A stretch of 61,381 nt of DNA from an uncultured Mycoplasmatota bacterium (GCA_947569245.1 CANORV010000001.1:1-61381); one strand, 5' to 3'. Positions 35,239-46,120 are shown, numbered from the stretch's first letter. Notes: generated by a model from the sequence alone, not told the origin. Translations and numbers: made by a program.

Positions 35239-36177
35239 CTATTCTCCTTTCCTACTAATTACTGTTCCTGTTTTTCCAAGTAAAGCATCACGAGCCTTAC
35301 TAAGTGAAGTAATTAGTGCCTGTCCACCACGCCTTTTTTCAACAAAAGTAAGACAAGCTTCTATTTTTGGCAACATACTTCCTTCCTTAAACTCACCAGT
35401 TTTAATATAATGTCTAGCAAGTTTTGGGGTTAAGTAATCAAGCTGTTTCTCATTTGCTGTATTATAATTAATACAAACCTTCTCAACTGCTGTTAATATC
35501 AAAAAGATATCAGCTTTAATAGAAATTGCTAACTTTGCACTAGTTTTATCCTTATCAATAACAGCATCAACCCCACGTAATCTATTATAATGATATACTA
35601 CTGGAACTCCACCACCTCCACCAGCAATTACAATATTTTTTAAATTCAAAAGCTGTGTAATAGTTTTTGTCTCAACAATCCTAATTGGTTCAGGAGATGC
35701 AACAACTCTTCGATAGCCTCTACCAGCATCTTCCTTAAAAGTATAACCTCTAACCTTAGAAAGATGATCAGCTTCTTCCTTAGTATAAAAACTTCCAATT
35801 GGCTTAGTTGGATTCTTAAAAGCCTTATCTTTCTTATCAACAACAACCTGAGTAATCACTGTAACACAATTTTTACGCATATTCTTTTTAATCAACTCTT
35901 CTTGAATTGATTGCTGCAAATGATAACCAATATACCCCTGACTCATAGCACCACACTCTGGAAAAGCTACTACTGGTGTTGACGTAGCTTCATGTGATAC
36001 TTCAAGTGCCATATTAATCATACCTACCTGTGGTCCATTTCCATGAGTTACAACAATATCGTAACAATCAGCAAGTTCAACTATATACTTAGCTGTTTTT
36101 TGAACTAACTTTAACTGTTCCTCTGGAGTATTACCTAAAGCATTTCCTCCAAGAGCAATTACTATTTTCTTACGCAT
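35239..36177 (-). CDS. arcC: carbamate kinase
   Basis: 'KIVIALGGNAL', 'VTHGNGPQVG' and 'IAGGGGGVPV'. 312 aa. Confidence 0.9.
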   Translation of the reverse strand: MRKKIVIALGGNALGNTPEEQLKLVQKTAKYIVELADCYDIVVTHGNGPQVGMINMALEVSHEATSTPVVAFPECGAMSQGYIGYHLQQSIQEELIKKNMRKNCVTVITQVVVDKKDKAFKNPTKPIGSFYTKEEADHLSKVRGYTFKEDAGRGYRRVVASPEPIRIVETKTITQLLNLKNIVIAGGGGGVPVVYHYNRLRGVDAVIDKDKTSAKLAISIKADIFLILTAVEKVCINYNTANEKQLDYLTPKLARHYIKTGEFKEGSMLPKIEACLTFVEKRRGGQALITSLSKARDALLGKTGTVISRKGE

Positions 36178-37166
36178 TACTTTTTCATTGTTGCATACAT
36201 AACAGCCTTAATTGTATGGAGTCTATTCTCTGCTTCATCCATAACCTTAGATTGACTAGACTCAAAAACTTCATCAGTAACTTCCATACAATCAATCTTA
36301 AACTTATCATGTATTTCCTTTCCAATCTTAGTATTAATATCATGAAATGATGGTAGGCAGTGAAGAAATATTGCATCAGGATTAGCAAGACGCATTAAAT
36401 CCTTCGTAACACGATATGGTGTTAATAACTTAATTCTTTCTTTCCATAAAGAATCATCTTCTCCCATAGAAACCCAAACATCGGTATAAACAACCGAAGC
36501 ATTATCTACTCCCTCATTAACATCCTCAGTTAAAAGAATCTCTGAATTATGTTTTTTAGCAAAATTTCTACATTTCTCAACTAACTCATCACTTGGAAAT
36601 AATGATGCTGGACCACAACAACAAAAATCTATTCCAAGCTTTGAACAAATAACCATAAGAGAATTAGCAACATTATTTCTAGCATCCCCTAAAAACACTA
36701 ATTTTCTTCCCCTTACATCCTTAAAATTTTCATACATTGTCATTATATCAGCAAGCATCTGTGTTGGATGAAACTCATTTGTTAACCCATTCCAAACAGG
36801 TACACTAGAAAATTCTGCTAGCTCCTCGACAATTTTTTGTTCAAAACCACGATACTCAATTCCATCATACATTCTAGCCAAAACTCTAGCCGTATCCTTA
36901 ATACTTTCCTTTTTACCCATTTGAGAACCAGTTGGTCCAAGATAAGTTACTCCCATACCTAAATCTTTTGCACCAACTTCAAAAGCACATCTTGTTCTAG
37001 TAGAATCTTTCTCAAATAAAAGAACAACATTTTTCCCTTTCAAATATTCATGACTCTTACCAGATTGTTTTTTTCTTTTAAATCTCATTGCTAACTTAAT
37101 CAAATAAATAATTTCTTCCTCTGAATAATCTAACAACTTCAAAAAATCTCTTCCGTAAAAATTCAT
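36177..37166 (-). CDS. arcB: ornithine carbamoyltransferase (catabolic context)
   Basis: 'STRTRCAFE', 'HPTQMLAD' and 'FLHCLP' motifs. Confidence 0.9.
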   Translation of the reverse strand: MNFYGRDFLKLLDYSEEEIIYLIKLAMRFKRKKQSGKSHEYLKGKNVVLLFEKDSTRTRCAFEVGAKDLGMGVTYLGPTGSQMGKKESIKDTARVLARMYDGIEYRGFEQKIVEELAEFSSVPVWNGLTNEFHPTQMLADIMTMYENFKDVRGRKLVFLGDARNNVANSLMVICSKLGIDFCCCGPASLFPSDELVEKCRNFAKKHNSEILLTEDVNEGVDNASVVYTDVWVSMGEDDSLWKERIKLLTPYRVTKDLMRLANPDAIFLHCLPSFHDINTKIGKEIHDKFKIDCMEVTDEVFESSQSKVMDEAENRLHTIKAVMYATMKK

Positions 37167-37167
37167 C

Positions 37168-38409
37168 TTAATCCTCCCTTATCAAAGGCATACTCATACA
37201 TCTTGGTCCACCTCTACCACGTGAAATCTCTGCTCCTGGAATTTCAATTACCTTTAATCCATTTTCACGTAAAACTTGATTAGTGATAACATTTCTGTCA
37301 TAAACAATAACTACTCCTGGAGCAATACACAAAGTATTAGATCCATCATTCCATTGTTCCCTCTCTGCTGCAACCTTATCTCCACCAGCACATGGTATTA
37401 AAGTAATTGGCATTTTTAAATAAGTAGATAAAATATTTTCCAAACTATCATTTATTTCAACAACATTTAAATCTTCGTCACTATCCTTATCATTTCCCTC
37501 AGTTATTTCAAATACCTGTAAAGTATCAACAATACCAGGATGATATGTAAACTTATTTCTATCTACCTGAGTAAATACTGTATCAAGATGCATAAAAGCA
37601 CGACTGTTTGGAATATTAAAAGCAAGCACTGTATCTATCTTACATTTTTTATCCTTAAACAAATTTTTAGCAATTGCATCAATTGCAGAAGCCTCAGTTC
37701 TTTGAGAAATACCAATTGCTAAAATATGCTCATTCAAATTAAGAATATCTCCACCCTCAATATGATATGGATAATCTCTATCGAAATATTTATCTACCTT
37801 CCCACTATAATCAGGATGATACTTAAATATATATTCAGCATAAATAGTTTCCCTGTTTCTAGTTACAGAATACATTTTATTTAAAGAAATACCATTTCCA
37901 ATACTTGCAAAATTATCCCTAGTAAAATATAAATTAGGCATTGGAGCTGCTAAAAAGTCCGTTTCTTCAGTTACTAAATCAACTAAAGATTTTTCATCTT
38001 TTCTCTTATTACGATTAATCTCATATATTTGAATACCTTCCATAGTCTTTAAAACAAGCTCTTTACTATTTTTAAAACTATTTAAATATTGAAACACTAA
38101 ATCCTTATACTTTGGAGTTCTAATACCTGCTTCATATATAAACTGCGTAATAAACTCCTCTCTTATATTTTCTCCAAGATCAATAACAGCTGCCATCAAA
38201 TCTTCTAGATAAACTACCTCGACATCATTTTCTTTTAATACCCTAGCAAATTCATCATGTTCCTTTTGGGCAATTGGTAAATATGGAATGTCATCAAATA
38301 ACAACTCACTTAATGTATCAGGAGTTAAGTTTAATAACTCATTTCCTGGTCTATGTAATAATACTTTTTTTAATGGTTTAATTTCACTTTTAACATTTAT
38401 TATATTCAT
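37168..38409 (-). CDS. arcA: arginine deiminase
   Basis: N-terminal '[18 protein letters not shown]'. C-terminal '[12 protein letters not shown]' contains the catalytic Cys. 413 aa. Confidence 0.9.
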   Translation of the reverse strand: MNIINVKSEIKPLKKVLLHRPGNELLNLTPDTLSELLFDDIPYLPIAQKEHDEFARVLKENDVEVVYLEDLMAAVIDLGENIREEFITQFIYEAGIRTPKYKDLVFQYLNSFKNSKELVLKTMEGIQIYEINRNKRKDEKSLVDLVTEETDFLAAPMPNLYFTRDNFASIGNGISLNKMYSVTRNRETIYAEYIFKYHPDYSGKVDKYFDRDYPYHIEGGDILNLNEHILAIGISQRTEASAIDAIAKNLFKDKKCKIDTVLAFNIPNSRAFMHLDTVFTQVDRNKFTYHPGIVDTLQVFEITEGNDKDSDEDLNVVEINDSLENILSTYLKMPITLIPCAGGDKVAAEREQWNDGSNTLCIAPGVVIVYDRNVITNQVLRENGLKVIEIPGAEISRGRGGPRCMSMPLIRED

Positions 38410-38419
38410 ACTTTTCCTC

Positions 38420-39139
38420 CTAGTTTCTACTATTTAAAAATTGTTGCAACCTGATACTTTTTGGATGATTAAAAATTTTCTCTGGACAATCATCTTCAAC
38501 AATTCTACCTCTGTCCATGAATAAAACTCTAGTTGCTATATTTTTAGCAAAATCAATTTCATGTGTCACTATAATCATCGTTATATTCTTCTTACTCACC
38601 TCCGTTATTAACATAAGAACCTCATTTGTCATCTCAGGATCTAATGCACTAGTTGGTTCATCAAATAAAATGACATCTGGATTCATCATTAATGTCCTAA
38701 TTATTGCAACTCTCTGTTTTTCTCCACCTGATAAATCTCTTGGATAAAAATCTTCCTTACCCTTAAGATGTATCTGTTTCAAATACATTCTTGCAACACT
38801 TTTTGCTTCTTCTTTTGACATTACTTTATTTAAAACTGGGGCAAGTGTAATATTTTCTAAAACTGTCATATTATCAAACAATTGAAAACTTTGAAACACC
38901 ATCCCAATTTTACCCTGAATTTTTTTATAAAAATGCTTATTTAATTTAAGATCATTAAAATAAACAGCACCACTTGAAACATCTTCTAAAGTATTTAAAC
39001 ACCTAAGAAATGTACTTTTTCCACTTCCTGATGGACCGATTATAACAACCTTCTCATTCTTTTCTATTTCCAAATTGATATTTTTTAAAACATATTTTTT
39101 ACCATACTTTTTTGACATAGCTTTTATTTTATAAATCAT
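38420..39139 (-). CDS. amino acid ABC transporter ATP-binding protein
   Basis: Walker A 'GPSGSGKST', signature 'LSGGEKQRV', Walker B 'ILFDEPTSALD'. Confidence 0.9.
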   Translation of the reverse strand: MIYKIKAMSKKYGKKYVLKNINLEIEKNEKVVIIGPSGSGKSTFLRCLNTLEDVSSGAVYFNDLKLNKHFYKKIQGKIGMVFQSFQLFDNMTVLENITLAPVLNKVMSKEEAKSVARMYLKQIHLKGKEDFYPRDLSGGEKQRVAIIRTLMMNPDVILFDEPTSALDPEMTNEVLMLITEVSKKNITMIIVTHEIDFAKNIATRVLFMDRGRIVEDDCPEKIFNHPKSIRLQQFLNSRN

Positions 39140-39821
39140 GATTCAACTTCCTTTCCCAAAACTTCATTACTTTTGATAAAAGATAAGTTAACAATAAATA
39201 AACCAAAGCTGCTACAATTAATGGAAAAAAATAATCATATGTCCTAGATGAAATAATATCAGAGGCCTTTATAAGTTCCACTATTCCAATATAACCTGCT
39301 ATTGAAGTTTCTTTAACTAGTGTAATAATTTCATTTCCAAGTGCTGGAAATATTTTAGATAAGGCCTGTGGAAATATAACATATCTCATTGTCTTAATAT
39401 AATTAAGACCCAAACTAGAACAAGCTTCCCTTTGACCTTTATCAATTGATAAAAAACCTGCCCTAAATATTTCTGAAACATAAGCACCAGAATTAATTCC
39501 AAAAGTCAATATTCCAACTATAATTGGAGAAATATTTACTGTTTTAAACACTACATAATAAAAAATCATAAGTTGTAAAAGTGTTGGAGTACCTCTTACT
39601 ATATAAACATAAAAACCACTAATTTTACTAAGTATTCCAAGTTTTTTAGTATTACTATTATAATCTCTTGTAACACTAGTAATTATTCCTAAAAAAAGTC
39701 CTAAAAAAACAGAAAACATAGCTATTACTAATGTATATTTTAATCCTTCTAAAAAATATAAATATCTATCTTCATAGATAAATGTTTTATAAAACAAATC
39801 ATAAAATCCACTCATCATCAT
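39129..39821 (-). CDS. amino acid ABC transporter permease (HisMQ/ArtQ type)
   Basis: Polytopic protein with the EAA-like loop 'EACSSLGLNYIKTMRYVIFPQA'. Confidence 0.85.
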   Translation of the reverse strand: MMMSGFYDLFYKTFIYEDRYLYFLEGLKYTLVIAMFSVFLGLFLGIITSVTRDYNSNTKKLGILSKISGFYVYIVRGTPTLLQLMIFYYVVFKTVNISPIIVGILTFGINSGAYVSEIFRAGFLSIDKGQREACSSLGLNYIKTMRYVIFPQALSKIFPALGNEIITLVKETSIAGYIGIVELIKASDIISSRTYDYFFPLIVAALVYLLLTYLLSKVMKFWERKLNHDL

Positions 39822-39825
39822 ACCT

Positions 39826-40563
39826 CTATTTTGAATGTTTTAAAATAAGTTTATCAATTGTACCATCATCATTCAATTCTTTCAATATTTTATTTATTTC
39901 ATTTTTTAATTTATCGTTTCCTTTTTTTACAATCATCCCATATTTATCTTGAAATAAAACTTTATCAATTATTTTTAAATCATTATTTGCTTTTACTATT
40001 TCCCGTGCTGGTAAATCATCCATTATCAAACAATCAGCTTTGCCACTTTTAACATCTTCAACAGCTGACAAATACTTTTTATGCCTAATAGCGGTTGCTT
40101 GTTTATAATTTTTCGATACATAAATATCTGCAACTGTTCCAAGTTGTACTGCAATTTTTTTAAATTTCAAGTCATCGAAATTAACAATATCACTATCTTT
40201 TTTTATTACTACAACTTGATTAGAAACAGTATACTCTTCCGTAAAGTCAACTTCCTTTTTTCTCTCTTCAGTAATGCTAATTCCTGCTGCTCCAAAATCA
40301 GCTTTACCACTTTTTACTTCATTAATTAAAAAATCAAAAGACATATCCTTAACAACCAATTTTTTATTGAGTCTTTCTGCTATTATAGAAGCTATTTCAA
40401 TATCTACTCCTGTAATCTTTCCATCTTGATAATATTCATAAGGAGAAAAACCTGCTTCGGTCACGAGAACAAGCTCATTCTTCTTATTATTACAACCTAC
40501 TACTAAAAAAAACGAACTTAATAAAACAAATATTTTAAAACCCTTTTTTATTCTTTCTAGCAC
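39826..40563 (-). CDS. amino acid ABC transporter substrate-binding lipoprotein
   Basis: Lipobox 'LVVGC'. Family-3 SBP pattern 'SPYEY..GKITGVDIEIA'. Confidence 0.85.
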   Translation of the reverse strand: MLERIKKGFKIFVLLSSFFLVVGCNNKKNELVLVTEAGFSPYEYYQDGKITGVDIEIASIIAERLNKKLVVKDMSFDFLINEVKSGKADFGAAGISITEERKKEVDFTEEYTVSNQVVVIKKDSDIVNFDDLKFKKIAVQLGTVADIYVSKNYKQATAIRHKKYLSAVEDVKSGKADCLIMDDLPAREIVKANNDLKIIDKVLFQDKYGMIVKKGNDKLKNEINKILKELNDDGTIDKLILKHSK

Positions 40564-40681
40564 ACTTCCACCTACTCTATCTTAATTGATTGTATCATTT
40601 TTCAAAGTTAAAGTAAACCAAAAACAACACATTTCACAAATATGTTGTTTTATAAATAAAAAATAACATTTAGGTTATACT

Positions 40682-41272
40682 TTAATGCATAAGCTTCTTT
40701 TGATAATCATCTTTTGCTTCAGTACAAATTTTACTTCCCCTTATTGGTGAAGAATCATAACATCTACCACAAAAACTTAAAAATTTTAACACTTCACTAG
40801 GCTTTAAAAAAACACTCATTCCATTATACAAAGGATGAAAAGCCACTAAATTACTTTCTAAAATATCATCATCTATAATTAAATTTACCATGTTTTCCTT
40901 ATCATAAATAAGATTAAAAATAGAAACATTTCCCGGTTTAGTATGAAGTATTTCCTCCATTTTATCTTCTTTAACAAACTCGAGCTTTTTAGCATTTAAA
41001 ACCTCTCTTAAATTATTTAAATCAACTTTTTTAGTTGAAGGAACAATAACTAAAAAAACCCTTTTTTCTCCCTTTCGTTCCTGAACTAACAAATTTTTTC
41101 CTATACAATAATCATCTCCTATGTAATCAGAAAACCTTTTATAATAAACTTCTGATTCAAAACAACCAGATACTTTTTTGTGTTTGATACACCACTCATA
41201 AGAAATACCATGGCTACTTAAATACTCACACATAGTTTTTCCCTTCTCAATTTCCTTTAACTCTTCACTCAT
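40682..41272 (-). CDS. YbaK/ProX-family aminoacyl-tRNA deacylase (trans-editing domain protein)
   Basis: 'KNLLVQERKGEKRVFLVIVPSTKKVDLNNL', 'KPGNVSIFNL' and 'VAFHPLYNGMSV' follow the YbaK/ProX pattern. Start at MSEELKE (GGAAGGTG RBS). Confidence 0.7.
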   Translation of the reverse strand: MSEELKEIEKGKTMCEYLSSHGISYEWCIKHKKVSGCFESEVYYKRFSDYIGDDYCIGKNLLVQERKGEKRVFLVIVPSTKKVDLNNLREVLNAKKLEFVKEDKMEEILHTKPGNVSIFNLIYDKENMVNLIIDDDILESNLVAFHPLYNGMSVFLKPSEVLKFLSFCGRCYDSSPIRGSKICTEAKDDYQKKLMH

Positions 41273-41295
41273 AATTTTCACCTTCCTTAAACAAT

Positions 41296-41525
41296 ATAAA
41301 AAGACTAGTCTAATATCCCTCTATGGGACGAAACTAGTCTTCTTTTTCCGCGGTGCCACCCAATTTATCATAAAATGATCACTTTTCGATTCTAACAAAT
41401 CTAGTATATGATAACGGCATACATCTCCCGGCTTAATCTACTTGTTTCCTTTCGGTAAGCAACTAATAAGTGTTCTTTCGAAAAATTACTTTATCTAGCT
41501 TCCATCAACCTAGACTTGCTTTAAA
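41296..41525 (-). promoter_or_regulatory. T-box riboswitch leader with terminator/antiterminator
   Basis: Minus strand reads AAATTGGGTGGCACCGCGG (T-box consensus), followed by the terminator AAGACTAGT..ACTAGTCTT plus TTTTT. A GA/K-turn-like UUGAUGG lies near the 5' end. The Stem III hairpin AUCAU-UUU-AUGAU sits just before the T-box sequence. Confidence 0.8.
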
Positions 41526-41771
41526 ACTAATTTTTTCTACTTTTCTTAATCACTGTTTTTCTTAAATTCATATATTCTTATTTTTTTATCACTGCATATA
41601 TCAACATATCAAAATGCAGATAATACTATCATAATACTTTTAACTCATTCTGTCAAACCAATAAATTATTTTTTTTATAACTTATTATATAATAATATAT
41701 TACAAAATATTTATTTAATTACCTTATTAATACAAATTATTTTATATAAGTTTTTATCAAATTAAATATAA

Positions 41772-43046
41772 CTACTTACTACTATCTAAAATATAAACAT
41801 TACTAGGATTAACAGGAAAGTTTTTAGTATAAATAATCCAATCTGTAACATCATCTACTGTAAACCATCTTTCATCTCCTTCATGAATGCCATCAACATT
41901 ATATGGTTCTTGTAATAATTTTGCCTTAAACTTATCCTTTTTTAATTCTAATAATTCAAACCAGATATGTTCAAAATTTCCATCATCATCAACTTTTAAA
42001 CCAATCTTGATTGAAATTTTATTATCCTTATCCTTAAAAGCCTCTTTAACAAAATCAAATCTTTCCATAGCTAAAGCTTTCATCCTAAAAGTCTCTTCAT
42101 TACTTAAAAAGAAAATTGGATTATCTCCCCACAAAGAATTAAATTCTGAAATTTTTGTAAGCTTTTGTTTTTTCTCATCATCTTCACTCTTATAAAGAAA
42201 TATAACACTAGACTTACTATTATGAGAATTTTTTCTATCTCTTAAACTTCCCAAATCTAGTTTTTTAAATTTATCCAAACTCTCTGTCCATGACCTGTAA
42301 GTTACAACAATAGGTTGTCTATTTGCCAAAATACCAATATAAAAACCATCATTTTGATACTTACCTTTTTTATCTATCAAATAATTAGCAAGAGTCGAAA
42401 TCAAATTATAATGATTATTATAGTTTTCCTTATCAGATTGAAGTATCTCAAGTTCTGTTATACCACATCTACAAAGTCCATGTGTATGTAACCATACCTC
42501 ATTAACGCCTGAAACAGCTTGAACAGTATATAAATCTGTCGAACTTGGAACAACCTTAGACTCTGCTGTCATTTTAACCCACTTAAAAGGTAACATTTTC
42601 TCTGCACTTTCATCTAAAACACCAAGCATTTTAGGTATACAAGCATTAGCAATCTTCAGCTGTAAATGATAAGCTTTTTTACTATCACTGCCAAATTTCA
42701 TAAATATCGTAAGTGCTGTTTTAGCTTCTTTTAACTTTTCTACTTCATCAGTTGAAAAAAAATAATTTTTATTTATATAAATCTCCGGTAAAGAAAAGTC
42801 ATTCGGATAAAAACCAATTTCATAATCCTCTTCTTCATAATTAACAACCATCTTTCCAGGTTCCAATGGTGTTAATGGATGTTTACTCTTAACACGAACT
42901 CCATCAATTTTTTCTACTCTTTCAAAAATTTTATCGAGTTCTTCTTGCGTAAGATTCTCTGAAACAACCAGCATATATGAATACTCTTCCCAATATCCTA
43001 GTGGTTCTTCTTTTAATTTCCTCTTTCCAAAACTTTTTAATAACAT
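41772..43046 (-). CDS. hypothetical protein, C-terminal DUF2314-like domain
   Basis: 'FEHIWFELLELKKDKFKAKLLQEPYNVDGIHEGDERWFTVDDVTDWIIY' resembles the DUF2314 pattern recalled from memory. The N-terminal part is unassigned. Confidence 0.45.
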   Translation of the reverse strand: MLLKSFGKRKLKEEPLGYWEEYSYMLVVSENLTQEELDKIFERVEKIDGVRVKSKHPLTPLEPGKMVVNYEEEDYEIGFYPNDFSLPEIYINKNYFFSTDEVEKLKEAKTALTIFMKFGSDSKKAYHLQLKIANACIPKMLGVLDESAEKMLPFKWVKMTAESKVVPSSTDLYTVQAVSGVNEVWLHTHGLCRCGITELEILQSDKENYNNHYNLISTLANYLIDKKGKYQNDGFYIGILANRQPIVVTYRSWTESLDKFKKLDLGSLRDRKNSHNSKSSVIFLYKSEDDEKKQKLTKISEFNSLWGDNPIFFLSNEETFRMKALAMERFDFVKEAFKDKDNKISIKIGLKVDDDGNFEHIWFELLELKKDKFKAKLLQEPYNVDGIHEGDERWFTVDDVTDWIIYTKNFPVNPSNVYILDSSK

Positions 43047-43179
43047 CTACATACTTCTCCTCTCATAACAAATTTATAATAAACTTTTTTGTAATATTTA
43101 TTATAACAAAATTAAGACCTAAAATAAACCACCAGCACTACTTCTTTACTATCATTATACATCTTACAATTATTAACAT

Positions 43180-44340
43180 CTAATTAAACAATTTACTAAA
43201 AATGTCATCAATAAAATCACTATCACTTATTTTAGCTTCTAAATACTTATTAAAATTACTCTTAAAACTATCAATATCATTAACACCGAAAGTAATATCC
43301 TTAAAATTAGGATAATTATTAATAACATCATCTCTTGAAATTTTATAACTATTACCACTAAAACTATATTCAATATAACAAACATTTTCAATCAAAGTAA
43401 ATATTGATATTGTATTATAAATAAGACTTTTTTTCAAATATTGATTCTCATTAATATACCAATCAGTTATATGATAATTAATTAGAAGCCCCAAATTTTT
43501 GGAATCGATTTTAAATACAAAACCATACTCTGAAAGTGGCAAAAAATTTAGCAAATTACCATCATTACTATTATTACCAACATATTTATTTTTATATTTT
43601 ATAATATTATCAATCCCACTGTGATTTCTATTAAAAGGTACATTAGGAACTGATTCATCAGTATATTTCTTCTCTGTATCGACAATATAATATTCATTTT
43701 CTGTATCATAATTAATTCTATAAACATTATAAAACGGTGTCTTATAAACAATCATATCTCCACCTGTTTCTATAAGATAAGAAAATCGTGGTGCTTGTTT
43801 TATCAATATTACTCCCAAATAATCAATTAAAAAAAGCAAAAGTACAAAACAAACAAAATATCCAATATCAAAAGCAATTCTAACAAAAAGTGACTTAAAT
43901 CTTAATAATCTAAAAATACCTACTGTTGAAATAACTGCACCAATTAATCCATATATTGACGCCCAACTACTACTACTTGCAAATATTGACATAGCTGCTA
44001 AAGTGATTAATAATCCAAATACTATTAAAATTAATCCAATAATATTATTAATTCCAAACGATTTTCTAGTAGTATAATCTATTGCTTTAATAACATTTTC
44101 TTCAAATCTCTCTTGATAACTATCATCATCTATTTTTTCACCACTAATAAACTCATTAATAGAAATATCAAGTTCATGACATAGTGGCTTAAACAATGAA
44201 AGATCAGGCATATTACGACCATTTTCCCAATTGCCAATAGTTCTATCAGATACTCCCAACTTATAAGCAAGATCAGCTTGTGTTAAATTTTTAGCCTTTC
44301 TCTTTTCCTGAATAAATTTTCCAATTTTTTCTTGATTCAT
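43180..44340 (-). CDS. membrane-tethered XRE-family HTH protein with extracytoplasmic C-terminal domain
   Basis: 'IQEKRKAKNLTQADLAYKLGVSDRTIGNWENGRNMP' is an HTH. At least three TM helices follow (residues ~95-175), then a 200-aa domain. Confidence 0.75.
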   Translation of the reverse strand: MNQEKIGKFIQEKRKAKNLTQADLAYKLGVSDRTIGNWENGRNMPDLSLFKPLCHELDISINEFISGEKIDDDSYQERFEENVIKAIDYTTRKSFGINNIIGLILIVFGLLITLAAMSIFASSSSWASIYGLIGAVISTVGIFRLLRFKSLFVRIAFDIGYFVCFVLLLFLIDYLGVILIKQAPRFSYLIETGGDMIVYKTPFYNVYRINYDTENEYYIVDTEKKYTDESVPNVPFNRNHSGIDNIIKYKNKYVGNNSNDGNLLNFLPLSEYGFVFKIDSKNLGLLINYHITDWYINENQYLKKSLIYNTISIFTLIENVCYIEYSFSGNSYKISRDDVINNYPNFKDITFGVNDIDSFKSNFNKYLEAKISDSDFIDDIFSKLFN

Positions 44341-44632
44341 TTTTCATCTCTCCTCAACTTAAATTTTATAAATAAAAAGATAAAAATAACAGGAAACAAA
44401 TCAAGGGTATACTTTTTAAAACCATTATTAATAATACCCTAATCTTTTAACACTATACAAAACTACTTAACTATAAACTAATAAAACCTTATTAAAAATA
44501 AGGTTTGTATCTTTATATAGATTGCTACATCAAAATAGTTCTTAATAGACCTAGTACTTTCTAAATTATAATAATTAAAACTAATAACCATTTTAATTTA
44601 CATCTAAAAATATCGAATACTGTAATATCATT

Positions 44633-45478
44633 TTATAAATCTTTTTTATATTTATTAATAAGTTTCTCTATTTTTTTACTATCTAACTCTATAATAAAAT
44701 GCTTACTATCATAATTTATATCCTTTTTAACTTCTCTTAAAAAATCACTATAAGAAATAACTCCCAAGATTTTTGAATCAACAACAAAACTAATATTCCA
44801 ATCATCCATTACAATATCATCATTTAAAATAAATTCACCAGGTTCATAAGGAAAAACAGACTTTACATTCTCTGTTAAAACATATACTCCAAACAAACTA
44901 CCATCATTTCTTTTATAAATACCAGCTTTAGCATAGTAAATATCAAGCTTTTGTTTATTGTGCATAAACTCACCAAATTTTTTTAGATCATTATTAATAT
45001 CGACAAGTTCCAAGTTAGTAACAACAATTGGATTCATAACTCCAAAAAGATACATTTCCCTATACTTACCACTATTAATATCATCCAACATAATTTGTAA
45101 AGTATCTAAACTTAATGCTTTATCTTCTTCCTTAAATAAATCTATATTTTCTATTGTTTCAACTATATCATTTCTAACGAATTTTTTTACCTTCAACCTC
45201 TTCATTATTCTCTTTATATAATCATAAAAAAAGTCAATATCAATATCACTTGTTGGAAGAGTCATTCTTAAATTTATAGTATTATCAATTACAGATACTT
45301 CATATCCGCGGCAAAGATGTTCTTTATAAAAAACAACTGTATATTTACCAATCTCATTTTCAACAAGACGATAATTATCATCCATAATACCATATCTCAT
45401 ATCATCAAAAATAATATCCTTAATATTAATATTCTTTTTAAATAAACCACCACTTTTAATCAAAACATCAACGGCCAT
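44633..45478 (-). CDS. hypothetical protein
   Basis: ORF with a GGAGGG RBS before MAVDVLI. No motifs recognised. Confidence 0.55.
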   Translation of the reverse strand: MAVDVLIKSGGLFKKNINIKDIIFDDMRYGIMDDNYRLVENEIGKYTVVFYKEHLCRGYEVSVIDNTINLRMTLPTSDIDIDFFYDYIKRIMKRLKVKKFVRNDIVETIENIDLFKEEDKALSLDTLQIMLDDINSGKYREMYLFGVMNPIVVTNLELVDINNDLKKFGEFMHNKQKLDIYYAKAGIYKRNDGSLFGVYVLTENVKSVFPYEPGEFILNDDIVMDDWNISFVVDSKILGVISYSDFLREVKKDINYDSKHFIIELDSKKIEKLINKYKKDL

Positions 45479-45502
45479 TTTTCCCTCCATAAAAAGTTGA
45501 AA

Positions 45503-46120
45503 CTATTTTTCTTTCTCCTTAAGACCTTCCTTAATTCCTTCTGCAACACTCTTAAAAACATCTTTTGATATACTAGAAGCTGCTTTACTAACTACAGGAG
45601 TTGCTTTTTCTAAAGCCTCATTCATTACAGGAAGTCTTTGCTGAATTCCAAATGCTAATACTTTTCTTCCTTTTGCTATCATAAAAATACTACCAGCAAT
45701 CATCAATGTAGCAAAACAAATAAATGAACCTATCATAATAAATGGTATACCCGAAAAAGAATTAGACTTATTCTTTAAAGAACAATAATCCTTCGTAATT
45801 AAATTATTCTTATATTCATCAAATCCACAATAATTAAAACTTGGATTAAGTACATCTGTTATTATCTTCAAATCATAAGCTTCTCCATCAGTATACTCGG
45901 AAAAAGAACTATATTTAAATCCCTTATCTAAAAGTTCTTGTTGTTTTAATTTCAAAATATTGGCACTTTTTGAAAGCTCATCTTTAGAAGGCTTCTTAAC
46001 ACCATTATAAATTAAAATTCCCCCAGTTCCTAAACCAAGCAATAAAACAAGTAAAGAAATAATTCCTAACACTTTTGACATTCTTTGATATTTTTCTTCA
46101 TTAAGATACTCATTTTTCAT
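45503..46120 (-). CDS. two-TM membrane protein, unknown function
   Basis: TM segments 'VLGIISLLVLLLGLGTGGILI' and 'IPFIMIGSFICFATLMIAGSIFMI'. Confidence 0.55.
   Translation of the reverse strand: MKNEYLNEEKYQRMSKVLGIISLLVLLLGLGTGGILIYNGVKKPSKDELSKSANILKLKQQELLDKGFKYSSFSEYTDGEAYDLKIITDVLNPSFNYCGFDEYKNNLITKDYCSLKNKSNSFSGIPFIMIGSFICFATLMIAGSIFMIAKGRKVLAFGIQQRLPVMNEALEKATPVVSKAASSISKDVFKSVAEGIKEGLKEKEK

Noticed and set aside
35646-35846. Same-strand alternative-frame ORFs inside arcC and arcB (35646-35846, 36185-36388), and antisense ORFs in arcA and the ABC genes (37540-37722, 38517-38747, 39858-40052, 40081-40329)
   Set aside because: They are embedded in genes with unambiguous family motifs and have no independent translation signals.
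41887-42195. Antisense ORFs in the 41.8-55.6 kb region (41887-42195, 42977-43183, 44958-45221, 49778-49963, 55327-55617)
   Set aside because: Ser/Leu/Phe/Ile-rich translations are typical of the reverse strand of AT-rich genes. They have no RBS and overlap better-supported ORFs.
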